In this document: piece by piece, positions 24,631 through 38,707 of the stretch
Numbering within the stretch: the stretch's first letter is position 1
How the letters are laid out: each line of letters starts with the position of its first letter
Assembly (NCBI GenBank): GCA_951406725.2
Contig: OX597820.1
Location: 68,882,001 to 68,946,000 of the forward strand
DNA: 64,000 bases
Direction: 5' to 3'
From: Octopus vulgaris
Lineage: Eukaryota
The notes under the pieces: model-generated
Seen by the model: the letters and a program-made list of their open reading frames with translations, nothing else
Told to the model about the DNA's origin: nothing
Database searches by the model: none
Translations under genes and position numbers: made by a program

Positions 24631-25857
24631 GAAGAAGCTGTTGTTGTTTGTTATTTGTTTTTTGCTTGTACGTTAGCATATTGCAGGTTCAAAATGTATA
24701 TCTCTGGCAGTCATGCTCGAATGAATTATGAGTGTGAACCTAAGTTATTAATCACATGACCATGAATAGTTAGACATCTTGTGATCTTGTGCCAACGAGT
24801 GAAAGAGATATGCATAAACTTTCAAACAATCTCTATTATATGCCAAAAAGTTCAGAATAGAAAATAAACAAACATAATTTTGTAAAACAGAAAGTCGTGC
24901 TTCGAATGAAATATATGTACTTGTATTGTGTGGGAGTTATTATGTACGGGTGTATATATGGGTGTGTGTGTGTGTGAGAGAGAGAGAGTGAGAGGAAGGA
25001 GGTATATTTGTAGCTTATATGATGATGAACGTACTTGCGATTGTTAGTGTGTAGGATTGATATAAACTATACATCGACATAGAAATATTTACAAAAATAT
25101 GTTTTTTATGTAATTATAATATACAAGGTGAGCATTTTTGCATCCGCGATTATGCATGTGTTTCTAGTGTGCGTGTATATATACGCTCGTGTATATGTGG
25201 TGCGCGTGTTTATGTTCGCGTGAAGTTGTACCCGATCTTAAGAATGTAGTTGTTAGATATTAAATATATAATTTGAAAACTTCATTTTTTTTTTTGATGT
25301 CAGAAAATTTCTGCCATGATATTATTGTCATGAAGCTAGTGAAATGCTAAAATGCTAAGATTTGGCTTCCAGTTAACATATAAATAAATAGTGCTTTCTT
25401 TTCTAATATTCAAAAGCGTAATGACAAATCTATTAAGATCCCTATTCCATCTTTACTGAAAATTATGTCTTAATGTCACGCACCAACATGTATGTTAGAT
25501 GCATAAAACATAGTTGTTATCTGTTTGTCTTTTGCTTCATGATATTTTTTATTATTTTAGGGATCCTTTTGCTCTGAGGGATTTTTGCACCTCTGTTTAT
25601 TTCATTTTATTTTATATATTTATTTTTGGTAAAAAAACAAGTATTCGGCTGGAAGGTTTTTTTAATTTTTTTCATAGGGTAGGGGATATATGCCAAAGCG
25701 AAAAAAACGTTTCGATGTTATTTTAGTCTCCTCAGCATATTTTCTAACAGCCTATTGTTCTTTATCTAAATATATCTGATATATTTGTGTGTGTGTGTGT
25801 GTGAGTGAGTGAGTGTATTTTACACACACACACAGACACAAGCACACATAAAATATG

Positions 25858-25897
<40 letters not shown>

Positions 25898-25898
25898 C

Positions 25899-25966
<68 letters not shown>

Positions 25967-26077
25967 CACGCATATCATGCAAACTTGAACTTATCTAACA
26001 TGAAATCAATATATATATAAAATGCAATTTAGTACATTAAACTTGGATTATGTTGATATATATGTCTATATATACAT

Positions 26078-26125
<48 letters not shown>

Positions 26126-27291
26126 GTGCGTCTGTGTACACATTCTCACTCCCACACTATCTCTCTCTTTATATATGTTTGTGCGTGTGTACGCACACAC
26201 AAATATAAATACTTGTAGTTTTGGTCCGTATACTGATTTATTACCAATAGAAATCACCATAAGTGAGTTGAGATGATTATAATATGCCGTAAGCATTCGG
26301 ACCAGGTCTCCGCTCTGAGGGTGCTATCCTCTCTCTTTCTCTCTTTCGCTCTCTCTCTCTCACCCTCTCTTTATCGCTCCCTCTATCTCTCCCCTCCTCC
26401 CCCCTCTCTTTCATCAGTTTCTGAGGCACTGTAAATTGTTATGGTCAAATGTACACACGCATAGGTATGTATGTGTGTGTGTGTAAAAAAGTTTACTATA
26501 TTTTGCTTAAAACATGTCCGTGTTCAAATTTGTGCAGTGTAGGGACCGACATGTCAAAGAACAGACCCAATGTTTCCTCTGGGTGTCGTAAAAAGTGACT
26601 AGAAGCGGTTAGGTTAGGATTTGCACTCTGACATGGAAAAACTCTCTCCATCAACGACTACCCAAATGAACCCATATGTTACGGGGCTGTCCCCTAATTG
26701 GTACAAAAGTGCCGTCCACCAGATGTAGGAAAATGGTGGATGCGTTGACGCACTGTTACAGCGTATGCCCCCATTGTACTTCCGCTTTGTCCAATTTACT
26801 AATTTGCTAATCATCATATATTTCATTTTAAAGTTGTTTGTATTCAATTCTTTAAAAATGTATTTCATACCTTGATATTATGTGATATGTAAGCTTACAT
26901 CGTCTAAATGAATTTGTGATAATGGCACTCTTAACGGCATGCTTTCGTACAATTATCCTCACCGGATTAATTACAGCTATAGTATTAAATTTTAGTTTGC
27001 TGTTTTCTTTCAAAAATAATCTATATACATGTTGGTTTTAGTATGCATTATCCTATTAGAAGAGATAGTATAGGTAATTTATTAGATTAGTTTTCGGAGA
27101 ATTCCATATACGATGATTGCATAATAAACTATTATTTTCTACCAGCTTTCGCTTTTGTGTTCTGCTACATATCCGCAGCAGTAAACCCTTGTGGTAGATG
27201 CATTGTCAATCGCATTGTCTAAGTTTTGTACGTCTATCTTCGATGAAAGCGTTTCAGTCCTAAGACTTAAAATAGTTACGTTTACATTGAA

Positions 27292-27513
27292 ACTCTTACT
27301 CTCTTTTTACTTGTTTCAATCATTTGACTGCGGCCATGCTGAAGCATCGCCTTTAGTCGTGCAAATCGATCCCAGGACTTATTCTTTGTAAGCCTAGTGC
27401 TTATTCTATCGGTCTCTTTTGGCGAACCGCTATGTTACGAGGACGTAAACACACCAGCATCGGTTGTCAAGCGATGCTGGCGGACAAACACAGACACAGA
27501 AACATATACACAC

Positions 27514-27557
<44 letters not shown>

Positions 27558-27720
27558 GACGGGCTTCTTTTAGTTTCCGTCTAGCAAATCATTTCACAAG
27601 GCTTTGGTCGGCCCGATGCTATAGTAGAAGACACTTGCCTATGGTTTCACGCAGTGGGACTGAACCCAAAACAATGTGGTTGGTAAGCATACTACTTACC
27701 ACACAGCCACTCCTGCGCCT
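27292..27720 (-). mobile_element. SINE family A, full length
   Basis: Colinear with the reverse complement of 37848-38264. Confidence 0.92.
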
Positions 27721-27814
27721 ATAATCTGAAATATATTCGTGGCTAGCACCTTTGTGGGTTCTTGTCGGCGACAATGCTTCTTTACTACTTATGCTTTTAA
27801 CGTTTAACCTTTAC

Positions 27815-28162
27815 GTTTTTCAGTCATTACACTGCAGACTTGCTGGGGCACTACCTGGAAGGGTTTTAGTGGAATGAATCGGCTCCAGGACTTTAAAGCC
27901 TGGTATTTATTCTATCGGTCACTTTTTACACACGGAATTACGGGGACGTAAACACACCAACACCATTTGTCAATAGGTGATGGGGTACAAATAGTGACAC
28001 AGAGATACACGTACATAGATAAATATACATACGGTGGGCTTCTTTCAGCTTGCGTCCATGAAATTCCCTCACAGGGCTTTGGTCGGCCCGAGGCAATAGT
28101 AGAAGTCACTTGCTTAAGATGTCACGCAGTGGGACTGAACCCAAAGCCATGTGGTTGAGAAA
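27815..28162 (-). mobile_element. SINE family A, older diverged copy
   Basis: TGCTGGGGCACTACC..TATTCTATCGGTC..ACGGGGACGTAAACACACC..CACGCAGTGGGACTGAACCC. Confidence 0.8.
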
Positions 28163-28349
28163 CGACTTTATTTTTTCTAGCTGTATTTTATGGATAATGT
28201 GTTATATGATGGATTTTATAGCATTTTCATTCCCTCTACGTATAAAGTGCACTGAATTCATATAGTATACGTGTTGTGTGTGTTTCACTGTGGTGCAAAT
28301 CATTTTCTTTTGTTATTTAATTCTTCTGCAACATGAATTCGCTGTATAC

Positions 28350-28550
28350 ATCACCAACTGAATTGGCTCAGTCAAGTAGGTATGCGTGACCAGCGTATTC
28401 TTTGTAAGATCCTGTATGGCCAGCTACACCAAAGTAAACACACGGCTAGAGATCTAGAGAAGTCTATCTAAAGTACAACCTAAAAGGGAGTAATCACCCA
28501 AAACTTGGAAGCATCCTTTCTCTGAAACACTCATCGTTCGGTGACGAATA
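28350..28550 (+). mobile_element. RTE-clade LINE C-terminal fragment, decayed
   Basis: HQLNWLSQVGMRDQRILCKILYGQLHQSK...LKYNLK..PKTW resembles the RTE motif QLRW.GHV.RM.D.R.PK.ILYG.L..GK. Confidence 0.65.
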
Positions 28551-30594
28551 TTCAGTTGTTAAATCAAACAAATAATCTGCTTCTGATATTACGTGTAAGT
28601 GGTGGAGTATTCCATAATCACGTGTATCCTTAGCGTAGTTTTCGAGTAGTATCAATGATACAGTGTGCGACAAGGCTGTGCTTTTGAGTTGCAGGTACAA
28701 CGGCCACAGAACTATTAGTGGAATACAAAGCGAGATATGTAGGCAGAGCTTCCGGGAAAATGTACGTCTCCAGTCGGTGCCTGAAAATGCTTATAAAGAG
28801 TAGCTAACGGCATTTATCAAGGGATCGACAAATGAAGTAGATGCTTATCATCGGGTTCCGTGGACAACCATAACCAAGCGAGTATATACATACATGAAGA
28901 GATAGAAAGAGAGAGAGAGTGTGTGAGAATGAGAGGGAGAGAGACAAACAGAGCACTTGAAAATTATGTTATAAATGGAGCAATGAAAACTGAGGTGTAT
29001 TCTAATGTCGCGGAAAACCCAAACAACCATTATTCAGATGTAAAAGTCAAAACCTTGAATGGTGTAAAAATACTATGAAATGGACTAATTGCATGGGTGT
29101 GGGTAATTTTTTAAGCAAAACGTACTTGTTTTAATGAAAATATCCTCTTATAAAAAAAAAGAAAAAAAACCACCGACAATTGTTGGCGACTCTCGAAGAG
29201 GAGAGAGAACTTTCAGAAGTTAAGAAAGTCACAAGATAGATTTCAATAATGTGGGCAGACTGGTGATTTTCTGCTAGCGGAACGTAAACTGGGAATTGAT
29301 CAACTCCAACTCAATAAACTGGGTGAAGTGGTTTGGTTTTGAAAGACCCAAAGCTCATTGCTGATGTTTTATCCCTGGGTAGCCATTAGATGTACCTCGG
29401 AACAAATATAAATTTATCCAAAATAGCCCATTTGATTTATTTCACATTTTATTTTATTTTATTTTATTTACTTATGCAAAAATATACTGAGTACAAATTA
29501 TTCGTATCTAATTTTAAATTAATTCGTAAAATTCTAAGGGATGCCTAAAAGCCCGAATCGTGTTTTTAGTTAACCCTTACCTACAAAGATCAGTCCTTCC
29601 TTCCTCTGAGAATATCAAGTGAATCTGAGATTAATTTTAAAATCTTTAATATTATCTCCCTGTTCTTCGAGAGCCATAATTGCTTCAACTTTGTAGGTTT
29701 TGTTTCTCTAACAGGGAAGTTTCAATTAAATTTTTTTCTTCTTCTGCATGACATTTCGTACATTACCACTTAACTCATGCAAATTCATGCAATTGGCCCA
29801 TTTGCATTACTTCCCTTGGCTCTTCACACACAGACATATATATATATATAAATATGTGTGTGTATGTATATATATATATATATATATCATGTATGTCCTT
29901 ATTCATTAAGTTCATCTTTGTGATTCATCATGCATTTGATAGAGAAAGTTTGGACTTAGAACGGTGAACGAAGTTTATAATCTGATTTGGGGGATCGTGA
30001 CATTACTAAAAAAGATTCTTTCTGAGGAGATTTTGCATATCGCTTATGAAATAACGTGATCGCTTTGACTACTAATATATATTCTTAGGCTATTCCTGCT
30101 TTTCCATTTCAAAGTTGCATGAAGTAAATTTTTATTTATTCATTTATATGTTATATATATTTATTTCCTCTACTTTTATCCTATCGATTGTTTATCTATT
30201 TTATCGTGTATTTCACCATATTTTACAACTGCATGTTTATTAATTCGTGTTACTAAGTCGAGTGAAATTTCCTAAAGACATTTTGTAATGAGTTCATTAA
30301 CTTCACATACTCATTGCGTTTTCATGCAAAATTCTGGTTCGATTCCGACGAAAATAATTTTTAATGAACTTCTTCACGCTTAATGTTTTACAAATCAGTA
30401 TTTTTCACATTCACTTGGAGGAATGCAAAGAGTAATGAGGAATTTAATTCTTATACACACTTCTGTGTAAAACCAAAGAATATAAAATGATTGGAAAAAT
30501 AAATAAATAAAGCGAAACAATAATCAACTAATATACATTAAATAAATACGTGAATGCACGATTTTCATTTTATATTCAGCCACAGCCTCACTCT

Positions 30595-31090
30595 CTCCTG
30601 CCATTTCTCCCCCTCCTCCTTCTTCTTCTCCTCCCCCTCCTTCTCCTCCTTCTCCTTCTGCTTTGTCGTCGCTGTCACCCTCCACTCTTTTCTACTGTTC
30701 TTACCACCAGCCAACCGCTACCACCACGTCTAACACACTGCTGCCACCACCACCAACAACAACACCACCAACACCATCACCATCACCACCACAACAACAA
30801 CAACAACAACAACACCCACTATCAACTACCACCATACCCACATGTACCACAAATATCAGCAGCACCCCACCACCACCACCACCACCACCACCACCGACAC
30901 GGTGTATCACCACCGAAACAACTTTTTCCACTGCCATCATCATCCCTAACGCCAACACCACTGCTGCTGACATCACCTTTACTACACCGCTACCAGCACA
31001 ACGATCATCATCATCATCAACATGAAGGATAGCAACAGCAACAACACCAACATTACAGCAACCGTCAGTTCCACTGTCATTACTATCATC
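30595..31090. repeat. Low-complexity CTC/CAC/CAA/CAT trinucleotide cluster
   Basis: Mixed degenerate trinucleotide runs, open in several frames on both strands. Confidence 0.85.
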
Positions 31091-31092
31091 AG

Positions 31093-31290
31093 TAAGGTTG
31101 GCAGAATCGTTTAAAGCGTTTGTAAGACAAGCCTTGCAATATTTCTTCCGGCGATTTATGTTTTGCGTTCAAGTCTTGCCGAAGCTAGCTTTGATTATCG
31201 TCTTTCAGTAATCAATAGAACAACGTAGCAGTCTATAGCAATAGAGTCGATTTAATCGACTAACCCTCTCCCTTCAAAATTTTTGGGCCG
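31093..31290 (+). mobile_element. SINE family B, strongly diverged (further remnants near 31720-32085, 33537-33615, 34540-34650, 46610-46740, 53370-53495)
   Basis: GGTTGGCAGAATCGTT..GCGTTCAAGTCTTGCCGAAG..GAGTCGATTTAATCGACT. Confidence 0.6.
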
Positions 31291-32102
31291 GTTTTTTTTT
31301 TCGCATAAACTGCAATCAATTATTGTTACATCATCAATTTTTTAAAACTTCAATAACATCATCATTTTTTAAAACTTCAAAATAACAACACATAGTCGTG
31401 TTTGATCACTTTCTATATAAATTGAACATAAAATAGTAGCTATAAATGTCCAAAGGTCTATAAACAGCCCCACTTTCTTGTTTTGAAAGAGTATATCATC
31501 TCCATCATATATTTCCTTCTTTACCTGTTTCTTCTCTTTCTTGTTATTTTCTAATTTCCTCTCCTACTCCTCATCACCATCCTTATTATTATCATTCTTT
31601 AAAATCATCATCATCATCATCATCAACGTATCGTTATGGCTGCTTTTGGTGTTGTGGCTGACGTCCTTGATTTTATTTTATTATATTTTTTTTGGTCTCT
31701 GTCTAAGCAGGTACACTCGTTAGCTCAATCGACAACGTGCCACGCTGTATTTCTTTTGATTCATAACGTTGTGTTCAAATTTGGACGGAACCAACTTTGT
31801 CCTTACACCCACCGAATCCGATAAGATAAAAACCATTTAAGTACTGGGGTCGATGGTATGAAATAACCACCTTCAACTAAAAGTGATGATTTTTTTTGTA
31901 AAATTTCAAAATATTACTACTAAAAGGTAGTGATTTGGCAGTGTTGTTAGCGTGTCGGACAAAAGTTGTTCCGAGTTCAAATTTTGCTTTTTATCCTTTT
32001 GAGAATGATAGAATAAATACCATTTGAACCATGGAATCGAGGAAATCGACTAGCCCAATTTTCCCAAATATCAGTCTTTGTGCATATCGGAGAAAGGATC
32101 AC

Positions 32103-32157
<55 letters not shown>

Positions 32158-32705
32158 TTGCACAGCTAACGCTGGAGATGTACTACAGTGTCAGCTGTTC
32201 ACTAAATTCACAGCTTATTTTGCTGGGTACGATGGAAAGTGCCAGCTGTCCACAGCCAGCAGACTATGGTGACGCTTGTTTACCGGTCTTGTTTCAAGAA
32301 TCCTGCAAAGAATTCTTGCATTTCAAAAGTAATGCTGATTTTTGTAGGTGTTCTACCTTCAAATTTTTCAGCCATGTTGGTAGTTGAGTGCTGATACTTC
32401 AAAGTGCACCAATTAGGACTGGTATCACGTCTACTCTCTTCATTGACCACAACCTTCGTATTTCCCTCTTTAAATCGTCATAGTTATTAATTTTTTCTTC
32501 TTCCTTCCCATTGATCCCGTTGTCATTGGGGCATGCTATATCGATAGTCATACAAGTTATTTCTTTTTTATTCCCCACAATAATGTCCAATTTCCTAAGT
32601 CTGGTCGGGTGATCGCACTGGATCATTACATCCCACAGGATTTTCCAGTTCTCATTTTCCGTGACTCCTTCTGGGTTTTGTTCATAGGTGACTTCTTCTG
32701 GAGTT
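32158..32705 (-). mobile_element. R4/Dong-type LINE 3' fragment (restriction-like endonuclease + 3' UTR) between (ATT)n tracts
   Basis: YEQNPEGVTENENWKILWDVMIQCDH..RKLDIIV..IDIACPND..KEEEKINNYDDLKREIRRLWSMKRVDVIPVLIGAL*..VEHLQKSALL. Confidence 0.9.
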
Positions 32706-32759
32706 TGTTTATTATTATTGCTGTTGTTGTTGTTTTCGTTATTATTATTATTATTATTA

Positions 32760-32832
<73 letters not shown>

Positions 32833-32836
<4 letters not shown>

Positions 32837-33129
32837 TAGTTATATTTTTATAGCGTGCTTTCAGTTCACTACCGAGCGCAGCTCTGTGTGCCTTGGGTAT
32901 GTGCTGTGATTTGTTGTGATGCTCTGTTGGTTATTGTATGGAAAGTGCTCCGCGTAGGATGTGTGCAGTGCCCAGTAGTGCAATTTTCTGTATGTTATAT
33001 GTGTTTGTAAGTAGTGGTGTTTTTGTTATGTATTTGTTTGAATATTTTTTTATCATGCCTAATTCACCTACTATGATAGGAATTGTTTCTGTTTTTAGAT
33101 TCCACATTCTGGTTACCTCTATTTCCAGG

Positions 33130-33131
<2 letters not shown>
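32833..33131 (-). mobile_element. Second R4/Dong-type LINE 3' fragment (different subfamily) between (ATT)n tracts
   Basis: DLEIEVTRMWNLKTETIPIIVGELGMIKK...IQKIALLGTAHILRGALSIQ*, then a short UTR and (AAT)n. Confidence 0.88.
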
Positions 33132-33164
<33 letters not shown>

Positions 33165-33520
33165 GCGAAAATGGCAAGAGCGGATGGTACCTCTTTAAGT
33201 GTAGACCAGTAAGTCGGAGAAAGGGAAATGGGTTGGGCAGTTGCCCGTGGTGTTCAGAGAGATCTTGGACGGTGGGTTTCCCCGATTATCCCTAGAAGTC
33301 ATCCTATATCAGGAGGACTACATCTCTATCATCACTCCAAACATTTTAACCTTTGTATATTATGTTTATTTCCCTTCCTTTTCATTGTATACCGTCTATA
33401 CTTATTTTTCTTTTGTTTATTTATATATTTTATCATTTTATTGTATGTAAACTCCAGCACTTTATGCTTGGTTTGTATTATATGTCACATCCTTCGCTCT
33501 GGCTGCACATAAATGAAATC
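33165..33520 (+). mobile_element. Probable LINE (Tx1/L1-like) extreme 3' end with T-rich UTR
   Basis: Short purine-rich coding-like stub (AKMARADGTSLSVDQ*) followed by a T-rich UTR-like tract. Family assignment rests on resemblance only. Confidence 0.35.
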
Positions 33521-33829
33521 GTTATCATTATTATTAAGGCTCTGAGATGGCAGAGTTTGTAATGGGCCGTGCAAAATGCTTAACAGCATTTCTTCCGACT
33601 TTAAATTCTGCCCTTGGGTCTTAAAACAAATTGTACTATTTCTTAATTTATAAAAATACTATGCAAGTTTCAATTTTTTATTTTTTTCAAATGTAAATAT
33701 AAATAAAAGATTATTGAAACCGGTAGGCGTTTTTATTATAATAAATTAAGAAATAAAATAAAGACCCATTTTATGATCCGGATGCATTTTCAACCTCCAA
33801 TCAGTTCTCATACAATGTTGTGCCGCTGA

Positions 33830-34020
33830 CCTCTATACAGTTTTCCTCTCTCCGTTTTTTTTTCATTCTCTCTCCAATTTGTTTCCTCTTATTCCTTTCT
33901 GTCGAAGATTGTAGGCTCTAAACGTAAAAGGCTTTTCCATTTTCCCCGAGCGTTAAACTAATACACCTACTCGCTGTTCCTACACCTGTCTACATCATTT
34001 CTTTTTCTGTAAATTTGAAA
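33830..34020 (+). repeat. Family H2 repeat with CUGUCGA hammerhead-like motif (33894-33931)
   Basis: CCUUU-CUGUCGA-A-GAUU GUAG GCUC-UAAAC-GUA-AAAGG. Homologous to 57310-57440. Confidence 0.7.
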
Positions 34021-35389
34021 TGTGTGTGTGTGGGGGGAGCGTGTGTGTGCATAAATGTACGAGTTACTCTGTTGCAAAGTGTTTAGGCTGTTGGACAAAC
34101 AATTGTAAGGCCTGAGTTTAATTCCACGCTGGGTACATCATTTCTCAACGAACTAACTTACTCAACTGAAAATGAGTTTTATCTCCTAGTCTGGTACACA
34201 TACTTTTAGTCAAAAATCAATATAATTCAAGATGTAAAACGCAGTCCACGCTTGCGACATGTGTTCAGTACATGTGTATAGTGGTAGACTGGTTGCAGTT
34301 GATCTTTCAATCGAACTCATTAAACTGTATCCCTATTGATTTTTTTTTTGTTTTAAATATTGCTTCTATCTATCGGTAGTAAGTACTTTCAACAGTGCAA
34401 AATATTTTAAATAAAGGAGAAAATTTGAACTGGGACTACACAAGAATGTAAATAAAAATTTAAGACATCCCTCCGACTCTCTAACAACTTCGGTAATTAA
34501 AGTCCTGGACACTTTTCATTATTTTTTAATACAGAAAAATAAAATGAAAGGTCGAAACATAAAGTTGACCCTGATGAGACTTGAACTCACAGCGTCATAA
34601 TAAACAAATACCTTAGGGTATTTTATACACCTCTCTAACGACTCAGCCAACTTCTCCATCAAGAGTTCTTTTAGAATTAGAATAAAACTTTTACACGTCT
34701 AGCTTATAGAAAGAAGTACAGCAGTCGCTTTCCAATATTTTTCTGTTGGTATTTTACAGAAATACGCTATTAAAACCTAAGTCGCATCTTGTTTTTTTCT
34801 TTTTTGGATTTGTCAGATATGCAAATATATGCAGTAACGTATAAGCAGTTAAATGCATATATGCATATATTAACATATAATCATCGTTGGGGGCTTTTAG
34901 TTTTATTCTGTTTTACTAATGAGGGTTTCACTTAACTTGCTGATGCGTTCAAACATGTAAGAGGAACTGGTGTACGCAAAACAATTGTGATCGTGAGTGT
35001 GTATGTGTGTGAGTGCGTGCGTGTGTATGTGTATTAGTGTGTGAGTGAGTGCGGGTGTGTGTACATTGTTAATGATTCACGCCATTGGCAACTTACCTTA
35101 GGTTTGGCAGTTACCATGAGGACTTGTATAGACTTTCCCGAAAGTAATAAGCTAATCCCTCGCTAATGTGTAATTCATTAGGGGGAAAAGAAAAAAGAAA
35201 CAAGACTATGCGAGAAGAAAGAAGAGGAAAGCACTTGAAAAAACTCAGTACAATGGGATGTAAATATATATAAATATATATATATATACATATATACATA
35301 TATACATATATACATATATATATAGTACGTTTATATATTTGTCGTGCAAGATTTTTTACGCATATATATATACATTCATATATATATAT

Positions 35390-35442
<53 letters not shown>

Positions 35443-35647
35443 CATATATACACACATATGTAAATGTATAAGTACACACACGTATACGTTCAGTGAGAGA
35501 AAATAACGACTGAAGAAGAAAAAGATAATTAGAAATTCGAAATGATGCTGTATTTTCTCTTGTCGACTTAGAATATGATTGTGTGTGCGTATGTTTGTCT
35601 ATGAATGTCTGTATATATGTAGGTATGCATATGCATGCATTTATGTA

Positions 35648-35685
<38 letters not shown>

Positions 35686-35799
35686 TGTATATATATATAT
35701 ATGCATATATTTAGATTATGTACATATATATAGACATGTCTGTGTATACACATACACTCATGCACAAGCATGCAAACACGTAAAAACAGACACACATTT

Positions 35800-35836
<37 letters not shown>

Positions 35837-36205
35837 ACACATCAAATTATGCATTGTGTCTATGGAGCATTGAAAGAAAAAATGAATTATTTTCATTTCA
35901 ATTTATTTAGCGTGTATATATATAATTTTGTGAGAAAGAAATATTAGCACCATTAGCAAAGAAATGCATACACTCCAGGAAGCATAACGAAGCAAAAGTG
36001 ATAAAGTACAACACGTACACACAATCTCATATATATATATATATATATTTATGTGTGTATGTATAGATATATATATATATATATGTGTGTGTATAATTAT
36101 ATATAAAGATATATAATATATATATATATAAAATACATGTGAATATGTGTATAGAAGTATATGTATTTATATATATATATATAAATATATATCTTTAGAT
36201 ATATG

Positions 36206-36251
<46 letters not shown>

Positions 36252-36734
36252 TATATATATATATATATATAAAGGTATATATGTATATATATATATATTC
36301 ACACACATACGTGTATAAACATCCATATATAGATACATATACATAACGTATATATCTATAAATACAAATATATTCATGCACATATATATATGTATATATA
36401 TTGAGGTATATTTATACAAACATATATATACACACATACATATACATTTGCACATAAATATATATATGCATAATATCTATATCTATATATCTATATCTAT
36501 CTATCTATCTATTTATTTATCTATGTATCTTTGTATCTATCTATCTATCTATCTATCTATGTATATATATATATAGCATATGTATCTATAACATATGTAC
36601 CTAAATTCATAGATAGCTATGCACTTACGCATACAAATTATACGTATTTAAGCAGATATTTATATATGTGTACTTGAAATTATTGCCTATAATCACAGTG
36701 TGTGTATAGCGACGTATTATCTCTTCACATACCA

Positions 36735-37410
36735 TGTTTTTTAATTTTTTTCTTTTTTTTTTGGAAGCATTTCTTAAAATTCTTTTCAAATATTGAAAAT
36801 AAATAAAGCCAGAATAGATTCTTATATTTTTTAATATCTGCATCAGAAATCTTTACACGAATTGAAATATTTTTTTCCTATGCAATCCAATTTAAACTTT
36901 TCATAAATGGTACTTGATAGCTTTGAAGACACACAGTATATTTCATTCCTTAAAAATGGTCGGAATTTGTTGTATGAATTAGAAGCCATTCCTGATTTAA
37001 GATAATATCAAAGTGGACTTAGGTTCTAATTGAGCCACAATCAATATGTAAACATTGGAATATCAGTTTGCAATCATAGAAAATTTGCCAACGTATCAAA
37101 AACGAATAACACAAAACGTACCAATTTTTAGATATCAATGTATGTGTTCGTTTTTGTGTATATGTGTATATTATTCTATATGTATTAATGTATATGTATT
37201 TGAATCACTCTATATAATACTAGGGATTGTATATCTTTGGCATTCTTTTTAGTTTTTACTTTCTATGGACGCACTGCTTGAAATTATTTTCTAATATTGA
37301 AAAATGAAGCCAGAATTTTTACATGTATAGAAATGTATCTAAATCTTGGCAATCCAATTTAAGCTCTTCATAAACAGTACTTCATAGTTTTGAGAAAAAT
37401 ACGGATTTCA
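36735..37410. repeat. Old dispersed direct repeat pair (36735-36945 and 37245-37410)
   Basis: Shared TTTTC.AATATTGAAAA..AAGCCAGAAT and GCAATCCAATTTAA.CT.TTCATAAA..GTACTT.ATAG.TTTGA. Confidence 0.65.
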
Positions 37411-37847
37411 ACGAAACAGTAAGATATTTCGACTTGCGTCTCTTCTAATGTGTATGCTCAATACAGATAATAGAGTGTATATGTTATCTGGATGCAAATG
37501 AAATTGTCCTTACCTACATCAAGGTGACTTCGGCACCACGAACGCATTTGCACAATTACAAGTAAGTCGCCAGTGTATGAAATTGAATTACACATTTCCT
37601 GTGAGTAAATATATTTCATGCGGAAAATCAACCTTTTATATATATATATGGTGTCTGTGTGTGTGCGAGCGCGTGCGCATTTGTGTGAAACGCATCGTAC
37701 TAACTTTTTAATATTCTGACAAAGAAAATAAGATGGTTATTTCTAATTTAATATAATGTTTATCATACTTAGATACTTAGATAAGTATGAAATGAAATGT
37801 CAGAAATGAAAGTGCCTTTCATACGTGACTGCTAAGTCAATAGCGAT

Positions 37848-38264
37848 AGGCGCAGGAGTGGCTTTGTGGTAAGTAGCTTGCTAACCAACCGCATGGTTCC
37901 GGGTTCAGTCCCACTGCGTAGCATCTTGGGCAGGTGTCTTCTGCTATAGCCCCGGGCCGACCAATGCCTTGTGAGTGGATTTGGTAGACGGAAACTGAAA
38001 GAAGCCTGTCGTATATATATATATATATATATAAGTGTGTGTATATGTTTGTGTGTTTGTGTTTGTCCCCCTAGCATTGCTTGACAACCGATGCTGGTGT
38101 GTTTACGTCCCCGTAACATAGCGGTTCGGCAAAAGAGCCCGATAGAATAAGTACTGGGCTTACAAAAAATAAGTCCCGGGGTCTATTTGCTCGACTAAAG
38201 GCGGTGCTCCAGCATGGCCGCAGTCAAATGACTGAAACAAGTAAAAGAGTAAAGAGTAAAGAGT
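37848..38264 (+). mobile_element. SINE family A, full-length young-looking copy (used as reference)
   Basis: AGGCGCAGGAGTGGCTTTGTGG (A-box), GGTTCAGTCC (B-box), TTGGGCAGGTGTCTT (CORE-like), internal (TA)n(TG)n, tail stem CAGTC-AAAT-GACTG, (TAAAGAG)n. Confidence 0.93.
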
Positions 38265-38265
38265 A

Positions 38266-38640
38266 GGTCTTCTAGATCTTATTTAGATAGAATTTTAGTT
38301 AGACGGAAAGACAAGGAGAAGCTAGATGTCCACAATTCCACTTTGTTAACTACAGCGACCACAAATTTGTGTCCTGTAAGCTGGTTGTAGATAGGATATG
38401 TAGACAAGGCCCCGGCTACTGGAAAATTAACAGGTCGGTTTTAACCTTTGAGGAGTACAGGAACCGGATTAGAAAAGAAGGCTCTCACAGGCGCCATTAT
38501 TAACAATAAATGGTGGAGGCATTGGAGAAAGGTAGGGCAGCCCAAGTATTGACATCGAGATTGGCGCTCAACCAACACGTCGAGTATTTGATACGAAGTT
38601 TGGATTGTCAGGTCGAAGTTTCGTGCAATGGGTCAACAAG
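38266..38640 (+). mobile_element. Tx1/L1-clade LINE fragment: end of APE endonuclease and linker, decayed
   Basis: SRSYLDRILVR../CPQFHFVNYSDHKFV..GPGYWKINRSVL..ALTGAIINNKWW. The LDR..SDH..GYWK.N.S.L string is the L1/Tx1 signature. Confidence 0.85.
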
Positions 38641-38673
38641 GATCCAACGCTATATGTATATATGTATGTATAC

Positions 38674-38707
<34 letters not shown>

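Noticed and set aside
26575-26610. GGGTGTCGTAAAAAGTGACTAGAAG resembling a GTCGTAAGAGGCGAC hairpin I recall from retroelement UTRs
   Set aside because: Too short and mismatched, with no supporting context.
28970-29300. Faint Tc1-like peptide (NLEWCKNTMKW)
   Set aside because: No TIRs or catalytic motifs are recoverable.
30550-31032. 160-aa His/Pro/Gln-rich ORF
   Set aside because: Degenerate trinucleotide repeats open in several frames and on both strands, with no splice or domain support.
34561-34600. CTGATGAG hammerhead-like box
   Set aside because: It is a mutated family B SINE segment (AAAGTCGACCTCGGCGGAATTTGAACTCA) with no GAAA or stems.
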